63,973 nt of DNA, filler included, from Actinomycetota bacterium (GCA_046725875.1; 5 parts of 5 records of this genome joined end to end with filler, not necessarily neighbours in it); one strand, 5' to 3'. Positions 52,946-63,279 are shown, counted from the whole stretch's first letter. The notes: generated from the letters alone by a model not told the origin. Translations and numbers: made by a program.

Positions 52946-53845
52946 ATGATGCGCCGGATCGGCTGGGCCGCGGCGGCCCTTATCTCCGTAGCGGTGGTTT
53001 TGACCGCCTCGCAGGCGGGTGCGATCAATTCGTACAACGCCACCCCGGCGCCTGAGCGAACGGAGACGGGCGCGCTGCTGGTCTTGTGGGACAAGGACGG
53101 GGACGGCACGGCGGAGAACTTCGACTGGCACTGCAGCGGCGCGATGGTTGATTCGGACACGTTCCTGACCGCGGCCCACTGCGTAACTGATTGGTCGGCG
53201 GACCCGGCCGACGACCGCTACTTCGCCTCGCTCGAACAAGACGTCCAGACGCTGATCGACACGGCGCCGTACGACTTCGAAACGCAGGGTCCGCAGCTGG
53301 CCGCGTGGTTCGTGGCAAACCACTACGCGGTCGAAGGAACGGCCGCGCACGACCCGGCCTTCGGCCACGACCAAGCCGACTCCCACGACATCGGCGTGGT
53401 CGACTTCGCCGGATGGGCGAGGACACCGGCCGATGTGTGGAGCTTCACCCCGGCGACGCTGCCGACCGCGGGGCAGCTCAGCGCGCTCGGCCGCCGGGCG
53501 TTGGAGGCCCTGGACTGGATCGTGGTTGGCTACGGCACCCAGGAGGCGGTCCGCGGGCCGGGCGGCCAGACGCATCCAGGCGGCGGTGTCCGGATGAAGG
53601 CACCCGAGGACTTCATCACGCTGACCAAGGCCTGGGTGTGGCTGTCGATGATCGAGCCGCAGGGCAACGGCGGCGCCTGCTACGGCGACTCCGGCGGGCC
53701 GAACTTCGTCGGGATCGGCGGCAAACTGGTGCTGGCCGCGACGACGATCACCGGCGACGTCCCGTGCTACGCCACCAACGTCGCATACCGGACAGACACC
53801 GCCTCGGCGCGGAACTTCCTCAAGGCCTACGTCGCGCTGCCGTGA
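52946..53845 (+). CDS. Secreted S1 (chymotrypsin-fold) serine protease
   Basis: Signal peptide; TAAHC, DIGV and GDSGGP triad motifs. Confidence 0.9.
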   Translation: MMRRIGWAAAALISVAVVLTASQAGAINSYNATPAPERTETGALLVLWDKDGDGTAENFDWHCSGAMVDSDTFLTAAHCVTDWSADPADDRYFASLEQDVQTLIDTAPYDFETQGPQLAAWFVANHYAVEGTAAHDPAFGHDQADSHDIGVVDFAGWARTPADVWSFTPATLPTAGQLSALGRRALEALDWIVVGYGTQEAVRGPGGQTHPGGGVRMKAPEDFITLTKAWVWLSMIEPQGNGGACYGDSGGPNFVGIGGKLVLAATTITGDVPCYATNVAYRTDTASARNFLKAYVALP

Positions 53846-53951
53846 TGCCGCCTTGCCTGTCGGCTCGAAGAGTGGCAGGCGTGGCAGATGAGGATTGCTG
53901 ATCGGCAAAGTCCAACTGACCCAATCGGTGTCCTCGCCTACAGTCGCAAGC

Positions 53952-54491
53952 ATGGCGGATGCCGTCGTCATCCCTGGCCGAATGTACGGTCCAGCGGCTC
54001 CATTGCCCATGTACACCGGGGACGTGGCCGAACGCCGCGGTGCTGCCGTGCACCGGCACTCATGGTCGGCGGAGCCGCCTGACCACACGCAACGGGAGGT
54101 CGAAGATTGGGTCTGCGGCCAGGTGGCACCACTGCTGGATCAGCTGGATGGCACGCCGCTGCTGATCGGCAAGTCGCTGGGTACTAACGCTGCGCGCCTG
54201 GCCGCACAACGTTCTCTGCCGGCGGTCTGGCTCACGCCCGTTTTGCGGTTCATGCCCTGGGTGGTCGAGGCACTCGCGACGGCGAGAGCACCATTCCTCC
54301 TCGTCGGCGGCAGTGCCGATCATGGCTGGGATGCTGACCTGGCTCATCGGCTGACGCCGCATGTGCTCTCGGTCGACAATGCCGATCATGGGATGTACGT
54401 GCCGGGCCCACTGCGCGACTCGGTCGAGGTACTTGCTCTCGTGGTCGATGCCGTAGAGACGTTCCTCGATAACGTGGGATGGCCGAGATGA
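53952..54491 (+). CDS. Alpha/beta hydrolase
   Basis: GKSLG nucleophile elbow; GSAD; DH. Confidence 0.85.
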   Translation: MADAVVIPGRMYGPAAPLPMYTGDVAERRGAAVHRHSWSAEPPDHTQREVEDWVCGQVAPLLDQLDGTPLLIGKSLGTNAARLAAQRSLPAVWLTPVLRFMPWVVEALATARAPFLLVGGSADHGWDADLAHRLTPHVLSVDNADHGMYVPGPLRDSVEVLALVVDAVETFLDNVGWPR

Positions 54492-56563
54492 CAATGACGG
54501 AGCTCCCCCTGGTGCGGACTCCGCGGATTGCTGTGACAAGCACCTATCACGGGGTCGAGATCAGCGAGGACTACCGATGGCTGGAGGACGCCTCCTCGGA
54601 GGAGACCACCGCCTGGACGAACGCCCAGCAGCGCCGGACGCGCGCCTACTTCGCGGGGATCCCGTGGCGGGATGCTCTGCGGGCCCGGGTCGAACAGCTG
54701 CTGAAGTCCGAGAGGACGGCATACAAGCGGGTCCTGTCTGGTGGACGCACCTTCTTCGCGCTGAAGGTGCAGACGCCGCGACAGCAGCCGTTCCTGGTGG
54801 TGCTGGCCGACCTTGACGACCCCGCGACCGAGCGTGTCGTCGTGGATCCGAATGACATCGACCCGTCGGGCGAGACCACCATTGACTTCTTCGTCCCGTC
54901 CCCGGACGGCAAGCAGGTCGCGGTCTCGCTGTCGGAGCACGGCACCGAGGACGGCTCGCTGTACGTATATGACGTCGAGAGCGGGAAGCTTGTCGCCGAT
55001 CCGATCCCGCATGTGAACCTGATGGGTGGCTCGGTGGCTTGGCGTCACGACGGCTCAGGTTTCTGGTACACCCGCTGCGCCGACCCCGCAGGCTTCCGAC
55101 AACAGGTGTGGTTCCGGGAGCTCGGTGGCACACCGGACCGCGTTGATCTGGCTGGCGGCTTCGCCGACGAGCGGATCGCGGAGAACTATCTGTCCGCCTC
55201 GCCCGACGGCCGCTGGGTGATGGACCGGGTGCAGAAGGGTGATGGTGGTGAGTGGCAGGTCTTCCTGCGCAGCCAAGATGCCGACGGCGTGTGGTGGCAG
55301 GTAGCGGACATCCCCGACAAGTGTGTGCATGCCGTGCTCGGCACGGACGCGCTGTATCTGCTTTCCCGCCGGGACGCGCCGCACGGCAAGGTGCTGCGCC
55401 TGCCGGTAACCGGTGGTGCCACAGTCGCCAGCGCCGACGAGATCGTGCCGGCAGGTGACATGGTCATCGAGGACCTGGCGGTGACCCGCGACACCGTCTG
55501 GGTAGTGGACATCGACGGCGGGCCGCAGCAGGTGCGCGCCTTCGACGGCACGGGCAGGCCACTGCCCCCGGTGGAGATCCCGCCGATGAGCTCGGTGTCG
55601 TCGTACAGCGCGCGTCTCTCGACGCTGGGACCGGACCGGATCGCCTGGTCGTGCGAGTCCTTCACCGAGCCGGCGACCTGGTGGGTAGCGGCCGACGGCC
55701 AAGCACCCCGACCAACCGCGTTGCGGACGACTATCTCCGTCGACCTGTCCGGGTACGAGGTGACCCGCGAGTTCGCCAGGTCCACGGACGGTACGCGTGT
55801 CCCCCTCAACGTGATCGCCGCGCCTGGCACACCACGGGACGGCACCGTGCCGGCCCTGCTGACCGCGTACGGCGGCTACGGCATCTCGCTGGTGCCGCGG
55901 TTCGATCCCGAGCTGCTGCTATGGCTCGAGCAGGGCGGGGTCTACGTGGTGGCCAACATCCGCGGCGGCGGCGAGTACGGCGAAGAGTGGCACCACGCCG
56001 GTCGACTCGCCACCAAGCAGAACTGCTTCGACGACTTCATCGCCTGCGCGGACCATCTTCAGCGCAGCGGGATCACCAGCCACGACCGGCTGGCGATCAT
56101 GGGCGGTTCCAACGGAGGGCTGCTGATGGGTGCCGTGCTCACCCAGCGGCCGGACATCGCCCGTGCGGTGGTGGCAGCGGTGCCGGTGATGGACTCGTTG
56201 CGAGCCGAAACCACCATCAACGGGAGGTTCAACACGCCCGAGTACGGCACCGTGGAGGATCCGGAGTTGTTCTCGGTGCTGCTCGCCTACTCGCCCTACC
56301 ACAACGTAGAGGACCGGACGGCCTACCCAGCCGTCTTGCTGACCGCCGGCGAAAACGACACCCGGGTCGATGCCTGGCATGCCAAGAAGATGACGGCTCG
56401 ACTCCAGGAGGCGACCTCATCGGACCGGCCGGTGCTACTGAAGTTGGAGTCCACAGGCCACCTGGCCGGATCGCTCGACCAGTCCATCGATACGACAACA
56501 GATTGGCACGCCTTCCTCTTCGACCAGCTAGGTCTCGGCTACCGTCCCGTCGCCGCTGGGTAA
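54488..56563 (+). CDS. Prolyl oligopeptidase (S9A)
   Basis: EDYRWLED, YGGY, RGGGEYG, GGSNGG, DTRV, GH. Confidence 0.95.
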   Translation: MTMTELPLVRTPRIAVTSTYHGVEISEDYRWLEDASSEETTAWTNAQQRRTRAYFAGIPWRDALRARVEQLLKSERTAYKRVLSGGRTFFALKVQTPRQQPFLVVLADLDDPATERVVVDPNDIDPSGETTIDFFVPSPDGKQVAVSLSEHGTEDGSLYVYDVESGKLVADPIPHVNLMGGSVAWRHDGSGFWYTRCADPAGFRQQVWFRELGGTPDRVDLAGGFADERIAENYLSASPDGRWVMDRVQKGDGGEWQVFLRSQDADGVWWQVADIPDKCVHAVLGTDALYLLSRRDAPHGKVLRLPVTGGATVASADEIVPAGDMVIEDLAVTRDTVWVVDIDGGPQQVRAFDGTGRPLPPVEIPPMSSVSSYSARLSTLGPDRIAWSCESFTEPATWWVAADGQAPRPTALRTTISVDLSGYEVTREFARSTDGTRVPLNVIAAPGTPRDGTVPALLTAYGGYGISLVPRFDPELLLWLEQGGVYVVANIRGGGEYGEEWHHAGRLATKQNCFDDFIACADHLQRSGITSHDRLAIMGGSNGGLLMGAVLTQRPDIARAVVAAVPVMDSLRAETTINGRFNTPEYGTVEDPELFSVLLAYSPYHNVEDRTAYPAVLLTAGENDTRVDAWHAKKMTARLQEATSSDRPVLLKLESTGHLAGSLDQSIDTTTDWHAFLFDQLGLGYRPVAAG

Positions 56564-56602
56564 TCGGTTCGGCAGCCAAGCCACCATCTGCAAGCGGCAT
56601 CC

Positions 56603-56640
56603 GCATATCGAGCGACATCGGCATATCAAGCATGAGCGGC
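56603..56640 (+). repeat. Intergenic motif, copy 2 (tandem GCATATCRAGC)
   Basis: gcatatcgagcgacatcggcatatcaagcatgagcggc. Confidence 0.6.
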
Positions 56641-56872
56641 TGTTGATGCATGCCGGCATGACACCATGCGAAACGTAAGGAAGCAGAAGCGGATGCTTCT
56701 CGGTTCATCCTCCGACACCTCGACACGATTGCACGACGCTACGTGGCCGAGCAGTACCAGGATGCCGATTCAATTCAGGCCCGAGCACACAGAGCTCGTA
56801 CTGGATGATCAACTCATCGGACCATTTCGTGCCACGGAAATCCGCTGGCGAGCCGGGGACCCGAGGACCACC

Positions 56873-57442
56873 ATGGCCAGGGTGAGCGACCAACCCCAAC
56901 GGTGGAGTCAGGCAGCCGTCTACCCAGACATGTGGGTCGACCCCGATGAGGATCCCCGCGACAGCGCCGGGGTCAGGCCGGAAGGCGAGCTCGCGACGCT
57001 GCAGGACTACCTGACGAACTACAGACTGACCCTGCTCATGAAATGCGAGGGTCTCAACGCGGAACAGCTGGCCCGTCGGTCGGTGCCACCGTCGACCATG
57101 TCGCTGCTCGGCCTGCTGCGGCACCTTGCCGAGGTAGAGCGGGACTGGCGCGGCTGGATCGTGCCTGGCGCCCCCCCACCGAGGCTGTACGGCGCGGGCG
57201 ACGCCGACTTCGACGGAGCGGTCGCCGAACAGCCGGTGGTCGACGCCGCATACGCCGACTTGGCCCGTGAGCAGGCAGCCACGGATGGCGCGCTGGCCGA
57301 GCATACCGATCTGAGCGTGCGTCTGGGGAAGGACGCCATCGCGGTTCGGGACCTGCTGGTGCACCGGATCGAGGAGTATGCGCGACACTGCGGTCACGCG
57401 GACCTGTTGCGGGAGTGCATCGACGGTCGCGTGGGCCAGTGA
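56873..57442 (+). CDS. DinB/DUF664-family protein
   Basis: SLLGLLRHLAEVE..HRIEEYARHCGHADLLRE. Confidence 0.92.
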   Translation: MARVSDQPQRWSQAAVYPDMWVDPDEDPRDSAGVRPEGELATLQDYLTNYRLTLLMKCEGLNAEQLARRSVPPSTMSLLGLLRHLAEVERDWRGWIVPGAPPPRLYGAGDADFDGAVAEQPVVDAAYADLAREQAATDGALAEHTDLSVRLGKDAIAVRDLLVHRIEEYARHCGHADLLRECIDGRVGQ

Positions 57443-57490
57443 GGCGTTGAGTACGACGACCCGTGGCCACAGCCCGTGCCATGCCGGGGC

Positions 57491-57970
57491 TTAGCCGGCG
57501 GCTGCGGCGCGCTCCAGCTCGGCGACCTCGATTTTGCCCATCTTGAGCATCGCCTCCATCGCCCGGCGGGCCCGCTCCGGGTCGGGGTCGTTGAGAAGCT
57601 CGCCCAGCCGGCGCGGGACGATCTGCCACGACAACCCGAAGCGGTCCTTAAGCCAGCCACACGGCCCGGGCTGGCCGCCGCCCGCCGTCAGCGCCTGCCA
57701 CAGCCGGTCGACCTCGGCCTGGTGGTCGCAGTCAATGACGAACGACACCGACTCGTTGAACCTGAATTCCGGGCCGCCGTTGAGGCCCTGGAACTGCTGG
57801 CCAGCGAGCGTGAAGTCGACCGTGAGGACCATGCCCGCCGGCCCGGACGGCGTGTCGGCCGGCGAGCGCCAGACGTTGTCGACGTGGCTGTCCGGCAGCA
57901 GCGTCACGTAGAAGTTGGCCGCCTCCTCGGCGGTGCCGTCGAACCACAGACAGGGAAAGACCTTGCCCAT
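57491..57970 (-). CDS. VOC protein (PhnB/3-dmu-9 3-mt family)
   Basis: PCLWFDG..LNGGP..CGWLKDRFGLSWQIVP. Confidence 0.93.
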   Translation of the reverse strand: MGKVFPCLWFDGTAEEAANFYVTLLPDSHVDNVWRSPADTPSGPAGMVLTVDFTLAGQQFQGLNGGPEFRFNESVSFVIDCDHQAEVDRLWQALTAGGGQPGPCGWLKDRFGLSWQIVPRRLGELLNDPDPERARRAMEAMLKMGKIEVAELERAAAAG

Positions 57971-58287
57971 CTCGTCCTCCTTCGGCCGTACCTTCACAAC
58001 ATGGTGTGGTGCGAGCTCATGCGCCCGTCCCACCGGGTTAGACCGAGCCACGGCCAGATACTCATCGATCCACCGGCCAGCGGAGCCTCGCGGGCTGACG
58101 ATCCCTACGCGCCGAATGCGTGTGCGTGGCCAAATCCTCGATTCGGCACGTTGGTGCGTCACCACCACGGTAGAACAGTGCGTGGATCCATCGGCATTAG
58201 TCCACGGCTGCCGCGTCGACGTCCGTACTTGTTGTGTCGCAGAGGTGGCGGACGTTCGTGTCGGTGGGCTCGGGGGAGGATGTGACC

Positions 58288-59001
58288 ATGACCGTGACAG
58301 CTCGTTTGGACCTTGCCATCTTCGACGCTGCAGACATCAACCAGGTCGGTTTCTTCTATGCCGAGCTCACTGGCTGGGACGTTATCCGTCAGGACGCGGA
58401 CCGGTTCGGCGTCCGGGCTCCGGACGGTCAGGAGATCGAATTCCAGTACGCGCCCGACCACGTCGCTCCGCAGTGGCCCGGGCAGGAGCACGCGCAGCAG
58501 TTCCACCTCGACCTCCAGACCGATGATCCCCAGGCCGAGGCCGAGCGGGCGGTCGGCCTCGGTGCTACCCGGCTGGCCGACGGCCCCACCTGGATCACCC
58601 TGGCCGACCCGGCCGGCCATCCGTTCGATCTCTGCCAGGCGGACGGCGTCGGCTCAGTGATGCGGCTGTTCGCGGTGACGATCGACGCCCCTGATGCATC
58701 AGCCCTGGCCCGCTTCTACGCCGACCTCACCGGCATGGACGTCACCTACGACGGCCCCGAGGGCGCACTCATTTCCGCCGACGATAAGAACGTCATGTTC
58801 CAGCAGGTCAGCGACTACAACCCGCCTCGCTGGCCAGATCCGGCCTACCCACAGCAGGCCCACCTCGACCTCCTCGTCGACGACCTCGATACCGGCGAGG
58901 CGCGGGCACTGGAGCTGGGCGCCCGCCGCCTGAACGCCGGCGGTGAACGCTTCCGAGTCTTCGCCGACCCGGCCGGCCACCCGTTCTGCCTCATCCGGTA
59001 G
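58288..59001 (+). CDS. Two-domain VOC/glyoxalase protein
   Basis: Duplicated QQxHLDL..ADPAGHPF modules. Confidence 0.92.
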   Translation: MTVTARLDLAIFDAADINQVGFFYAELTGWDVIRQDADRFGVRAPDGQEIEFQYAPDHVAPQWPGQEHAQQFHLDLQTDDPQAEAERAVGLGATRLADGPTWITLADPAGHPFDLCQADGVGSVMRLFAVTIDAPDASALARFYADLTGMDVTYDGPEGALISADDKNVMFQQVSDYNPPRWPDPAYPQQAHLDLLVDDLDTGEARALELGARRLNAGGERFRVFADPAGHPFCLIR

Positions 59002-59134
59002 CGAACGCGGGACCGGTCATCGTCCGTATTTGCTTTTGCAGCGCTCGACACGCGGCATATCAGCCGGCCCGCCAGGAAACCAGATGAATGGAGGAAGCGT
59101 CGAAGGGATGGTCGAGCGTCGGGGACCGTTCAGT

Positions 59135-59188
59135 ATGAAGTCGTGTGCGGCACTCGGGGCAGTAGCCCTGTCATCCCTGCTGGCTGCG
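59135..59188 (+). CDS. Probable signal peptide of an exported or lipoprotein (3' partial)
   Basis: MKSCAALGAVALSSLLAA runs into the gap. Confidence 0.35.
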
Positions 59189-59288
59189 NNNNNNNNNNNN
59201 NNNNNNNNNNNNNNNNNNNNNNNNNNNNNNNNTTAATTAATTAANNNNNNNNNNNNNNNNNNNNNNNNNNNNNNNNNNNNNNNNNNNN
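59189..59288. other. Artificial contig linker
   Basis: N run with TTAATTAATTAA. Confidence 0.98.
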
Positions 59289-60227
59289 GGGGCGGCGGCC
59301 GTGGCCCGGGTCTGCGCCGGCTACCGCTGCTCCGGTGAGGGTGGCGAGCATCTCGCGCACGTTCGACAGTTGCGCGTTGATGCTGTCCCTGCGGTGGGTC
59401 AGCGTCGCCAGTTCTCGCTCGGCCTCGCGGCTTGCCCGCTCGGCGTTCGTCCGCGCCTCGGCCACGGTGTCCTTAGCCTGCCGCTGCGCAGTGTCGAGTA
59501 GCTGCCGAGAGCGGCGCTCAGCCTCGTCGCGGAGCTTCTGCGCTTCCAGCCGGAGCTGGTCGGCCTGCTCACTGCTCTGCGTGAGGTGGCGCTCAGCCGC
59601 CTCTTGCCGGGTGGCCAGGTCGTGGTCGGCGTGATCGCGGCGCCTGGCCAGGCTCATCTCGAACTCGGCGATCGCCCGCAGCGTCCTGGCGCGGGCAGCC
59701 TCCCGCACGCCCTCAGCCTCGTCCCGGGTGGTGCCTGCTTCTGTGGCCGCCTCGGAGCGCACCCGCGAGGCCTCCGTGCGGGCCTGGTCGAGCAGCCCTG
59801 CGGCCTCCTGCTGGATCTGCTCACGACGGGCGCGACCGTCCTGTTCAGCCCGCGCACGCACCTGCGCGGCCGCTGTCTCCGCCGCCTTGCGGATGTTCTC
59901 AGCGTGACCAAGCGCCTCGGCCCGCAGCTCCGTTGCCTCCTCCTCCGCCAAGCGCAGTATCTTCTCGAGCCGGGCTCCGAGTCCCGCATAGCTGGGCTCG
60001 GCCCCGCCGCGCTGCTTTTGCGCGTTCTGGAGCTCCACGTGCAGCTCCTCGACGCTCCGTTCGAGTCCGCCGATTCGCTGGGCAGCGGCCCCCTGTTCCG
60101 CGGTGGTACGGGCGAGGTGCTCGTCAACTTGCTTGCGCTCGTAACCGCGTAAGACGATGTCGAAGCCTGATCCACGGTGGCGGGGAGACGTGGTCTCTGG
60201 TGCGCGAACGCCAGTCACGGTGGACAT
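59289..60227 (-). CDS. filP: FilP/AbpS-like coiled-coil protein with a DivIVA-type N-terminus (3' end at gap)
   Basis: FDIVLRGYERKQVD; PSYAGLGARLEKILRLAEEEA; RRDSINAQLSNVREMLATL. Confidence 0.8.
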
Positions 60228-60339
60228 GGTTCCAGAGCCCGGGCTCGTGTGCGACGCAAACGGCAACAGTTGCGTCGGGCCGGCATTGGCGCCACCAGCT
60301 CGGCGCGCGGGTGGTCGGCGTCGACCAGCCGATGACGCG

Positions 60340-60640
60340 ATGGGAGTACGCGTCGATGAGTACCAGCTCCAGCCGCCGCGCAACCCAGGAGCCGCCAAGG
60401 TCGAGAACGACCCGACAATGCAGCGCCGCGACGCCGATGCGGTGGCAGCAGCCTCGACCGGGCTCCGGAGCCGGGATGCTTCGACCTGTTTGCGGTCAGC
60501 ATCGACGAAATTGTGTTCGTCCGCTACGACGACGCCACTGGGGATCAGCAGGTGGCCACATGGCCGCCGGCCGCGAATTCATCCGCCGAGGCATCTCCGC
60601 GACCAGCCTCGGACAGCCAGAGTCCGCACCGAGATCATCG
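60340..60640 (+). pseudogene. Frameshifted remnant, possibly PPOX-family
   Basis: Pieces FDLFAVSIDEIVFVRYDDATGDQQVATWP and AGREFIRRGISATSLG in different frames. Confidence 0.35.
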
Positions 60641-60883
60641 GGCCCGACTAAAGCACGGAACCTCACACAGCCGTAGCCCGGGCCGCCCGCTACCGCCCGC
60701 TGCTGCAGAACGCTCCCCGCGGCCCGATGGCTAGCCGACACGTGTGCCAAGCGGGCCATCGCCGGATCGACCAGGCTTACCGCAGGCGTGCCGGCAAGCG
60801 GCTGGAATTCGCTGGGCTTGATGGGGCTTTGCCCATCGGACGGTACTGGCGGGCGGCTGACGAAGTGCGGCCCTCCCGTTTGC

Positions 60884-61009
60884 TCAGTGGCCGGTTGGCG
60901 GGATTTGCGACAACTTCCTGGCTTTCTTGATCTTCTTCGCGACTCGCTTCTCTTTCAAGGTCTTACCTTGCTTCTTTGCGTTGGCCTTCTGGGGCGACTT
61001 GTCGGACAT
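60884..61009 (-). CDS. 41-aa Lys-rich small protein
   Basis: RBS gaagga; MSDKSPQKANAKKQGKTLKEKRVAKKIKKARKLSQIPPTGH*. Confidence 0.7.
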   Translation of the reverse strand: MSDKSPQKANAKKQGKTLKEKRVAKKIKKARKLSQIPPTGH

Positions 61010-61729
61010 GGTGATCCTTCACTGACTGACGTCGAGACGGCACATGGAGCTGCAGGCCAGTGGTAGCTTCCGCGTCCTGCCAATCAAGATCTGTACGACG
61101 GAACAGGGGGTCAACGAATCGCGCGTAGCTGGTTTGACAAACGCGAGGCTAAGTTGACCGTCCTGAGCGAAGGGAGCGTGACCGCGGTCATCACGCCCCA
61201 CAGGTTAGCCGCCGCCGAGCCGACCCGGGCTGGTCAGCCGTTCCAGTGGCGGGGGCCACGCTGGCCGGAGTACGGCGCGAAGCTGCCAGTCATTTGCCGC
61301 GCCGGCGTGTGGTGGGTCCCCGACCCGGTCAGCGGGTCACACCGGGCGACGGTCGATATCACCCGGTCCTTGTGAGTCCGCGCGCAGGGACCCCGCTGTT
61401 CGCAGCCTGGGTGTCTATCCGCGAGGCGGGCCTAGCCGGTCCTGAGGCATGGAGGCCTCAGGCGGAGCCGACGCCTCGCCGCCGATTTGGGTGTCGGGCG
61501 TGGGCGCTGCCTCAATGGGGTCCGAGGAGTCCGGCTGAGCGCTCGGGGTCCAGGAAACGAATGGCCGCTGGTCGATGGAGTTGCTCCGCTTGCGGTGCAA
61601 GATGGACACGACATCCCCTTTGGTGTGCCGGCGTGGCGGCAGCCTCAGTGGATGTCGACGCTTCCCGGATGCCCTTACCCTACGCCCATCTACGCCCGAA
61701 AAACAGCGTTCTCGGAGGTACGTCCCGCA

Positions 61730-62160
61730 TTCCGTTCTATACCGGTGCCCGCATCGCCGAGACCGTTCGACTCGACACGCGCGACCTTGGCATCTCAAGG
61801 CAGCATGGCGTCCTACGCATCCGCAGCAACGGCGAGCGGATCCGTGACGTCCCCATCCACACAAAACTGCGGGATGACATCCACCTGTGGCTCGAAGACC
61901 GCCCGAACTGGCCAGGCGCCGATATTAACCCAGCCCTGTTTCTCAACCGCCGTGGCGGACGGCTGTCCGTACGTGGTGCCCGCGACGTCATCGCCGGTAT
62001 CACCGACGCCGCCGGACTCGCCGCCGATGCCACTGCCCACGTCCTGCTGCACACCTTCGCCGCCAACCTGGTAGGCGGCGGCACTGATCTCGTCGTCGTC
62101 GCCGACCTGCTCGGCCACGCCCGCCTCGAAACCACCCGCGGCTACGCCACGCCCACCCCC
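61730..62160 (+). pseudogene. XerC/D-like tyrosine recombinase remnant
   Basis: YTGARIAE, LFLNRRGGRLS, HVLLHTFA (HxxR Arg lost), LLGHARLETTRGY; no recognisable N-terminal domain. Confidence 0.8.
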
Positions 62161-62358
62161 AAAGACCCCGTCGGGCCCTCGACCTGCTTCCGTCCGCTGC
62201 TGACCAAGACCGCCACTGAGGGTCCCACGCAGCCGTGCCACACCGGCCAGCAGCTGCGGGGGACGCTCACGAGCGCGACGTGCACGATCATGGCCGGGTC
62301 GGGACCGAGGGCGGCGCCAGAGTCAGACCGCGGGCGCGGGTCAACGGAGGGAGTGCGA

Positions 62359-62535
62359 TCACGTCATACGGAGTGTCGGACTGCTCCTCGATCCGCAGCC
62401 AGGCCGCGGGGCGTACACGATCTTCTTGCCGTTGTCGCCCGATACCGTGAGCACTGCGTTGCCCGCGCCGATCTCGTAGCGCGAGGTTCCTTGGTAGTAC
62501 TCCTCGACGCCGGGGGTGTGCACCTTGAATTCCAT
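62359..62535 (-). CDS. Small hypothetical protein, probably frameshifted near its C-terminus
   Basis: MEFKVHTPGVEEYYQGTSRYEIGAGNAVLTVSGDNGKKIVYAP; another frame continues AWLRIEEQ. Confidence 0.5.
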   Translation of the reverse strand: MEFKVHTPGVEEYYQGTSRYEIGAGNAVLTVSGDNGKKIVYAPRPGCGSRSSPTLRMT

Positions 62536-62808
62536 GGTGTGACGTTAGCGTGAGGCAGCGAAGCTGCTTAAGGACGGAATCGTGGAATGCAGTCGTAGCT
62601 GAATCCTGAAGGAGCGAGGCCGGCGAAGTCCGCGCTGCCTGGGGGTATTTCCCGTTCCTCGTGTTCTCGCCACCCGATGCGGTCTGGGCGCGTCGGGTTA
62701 GCCGTGGGGTAAAGCCTGGGCTGAGCTACTGCGAAGCGACTGCCGTGCCGGTTAGGGTTCTTCCCAGCTCTCGAATGCGAGCCGGCGTGCAGTCGGTCGC
62801 GGACAAGA

Positions 62809-63279
62809 TCAGGGCGTGGCCGCTTCGCTGGCGGCCAGGATCTTGTCCGGGCCCGAGATGTTGCCGGAGTCCGTGGCAAGGCGGAACGCCCGGCTTGCGA
62901 CCTTCTGCGTGGACTGGGGTGGGATGACCAGCAAGGCGATCTCGTCGGCGCCGTACCCGACGATGACGGTGTGCGGAGCTCGATGACTGAACCAGATCAG
63001 TCGCACATCCCGATCGGGGAAGCGAATGCGACCCGGTGTGCCGTCCCACGCGCGGGCTCCGAGGGATAGACGGGTGGCAATGACACCTCGTGAGGCGAGG
63101 CCCGTGACGAGCACGGTCAGCTCGGCTGCAGGCTGGTCGGTCCTGGGCCACCAGGCTCCGGCAAGCCGACCGTTGTGGGGGGTTGGTGCCAGCTCAAGTC
63201 GTGGGAGCATTTTGGCCTCTTCTGGTTCGGTGCGTGTGCGCAGACCGGAGTGATCGGTAACAGATTGTTGCGAGGACAT
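62809..63279 (-). CDS. DUF5994-family protein
   Basis: PRLEL..GAWWPRT..LLVIPP; start uncertain (63279 or 63210). Confidence 0.8.
   Translation of the reverse strand: MSSQQSVTDHSGLRTRTEPEEAKMLPRLELAPTPHNGRLAGAWWPRTDQPAAELTVLVTGLASRGVIATRLSLGARAWDGTPGRIRFPDRDVRLIWFSHRAPHTVIVGYGADEIALLVIPPQSTQKVASRAFRLATDSGNISGPDKILAASEAATP

Noticed and set aside
62560..62800. Possible c-di-AMP riboswitch or tRNA fragment on the minus strand (ggctaacccg, gtagctcag)
   Set aside because: Only short matches; the other conserved elements and a cloverleaf are missing.
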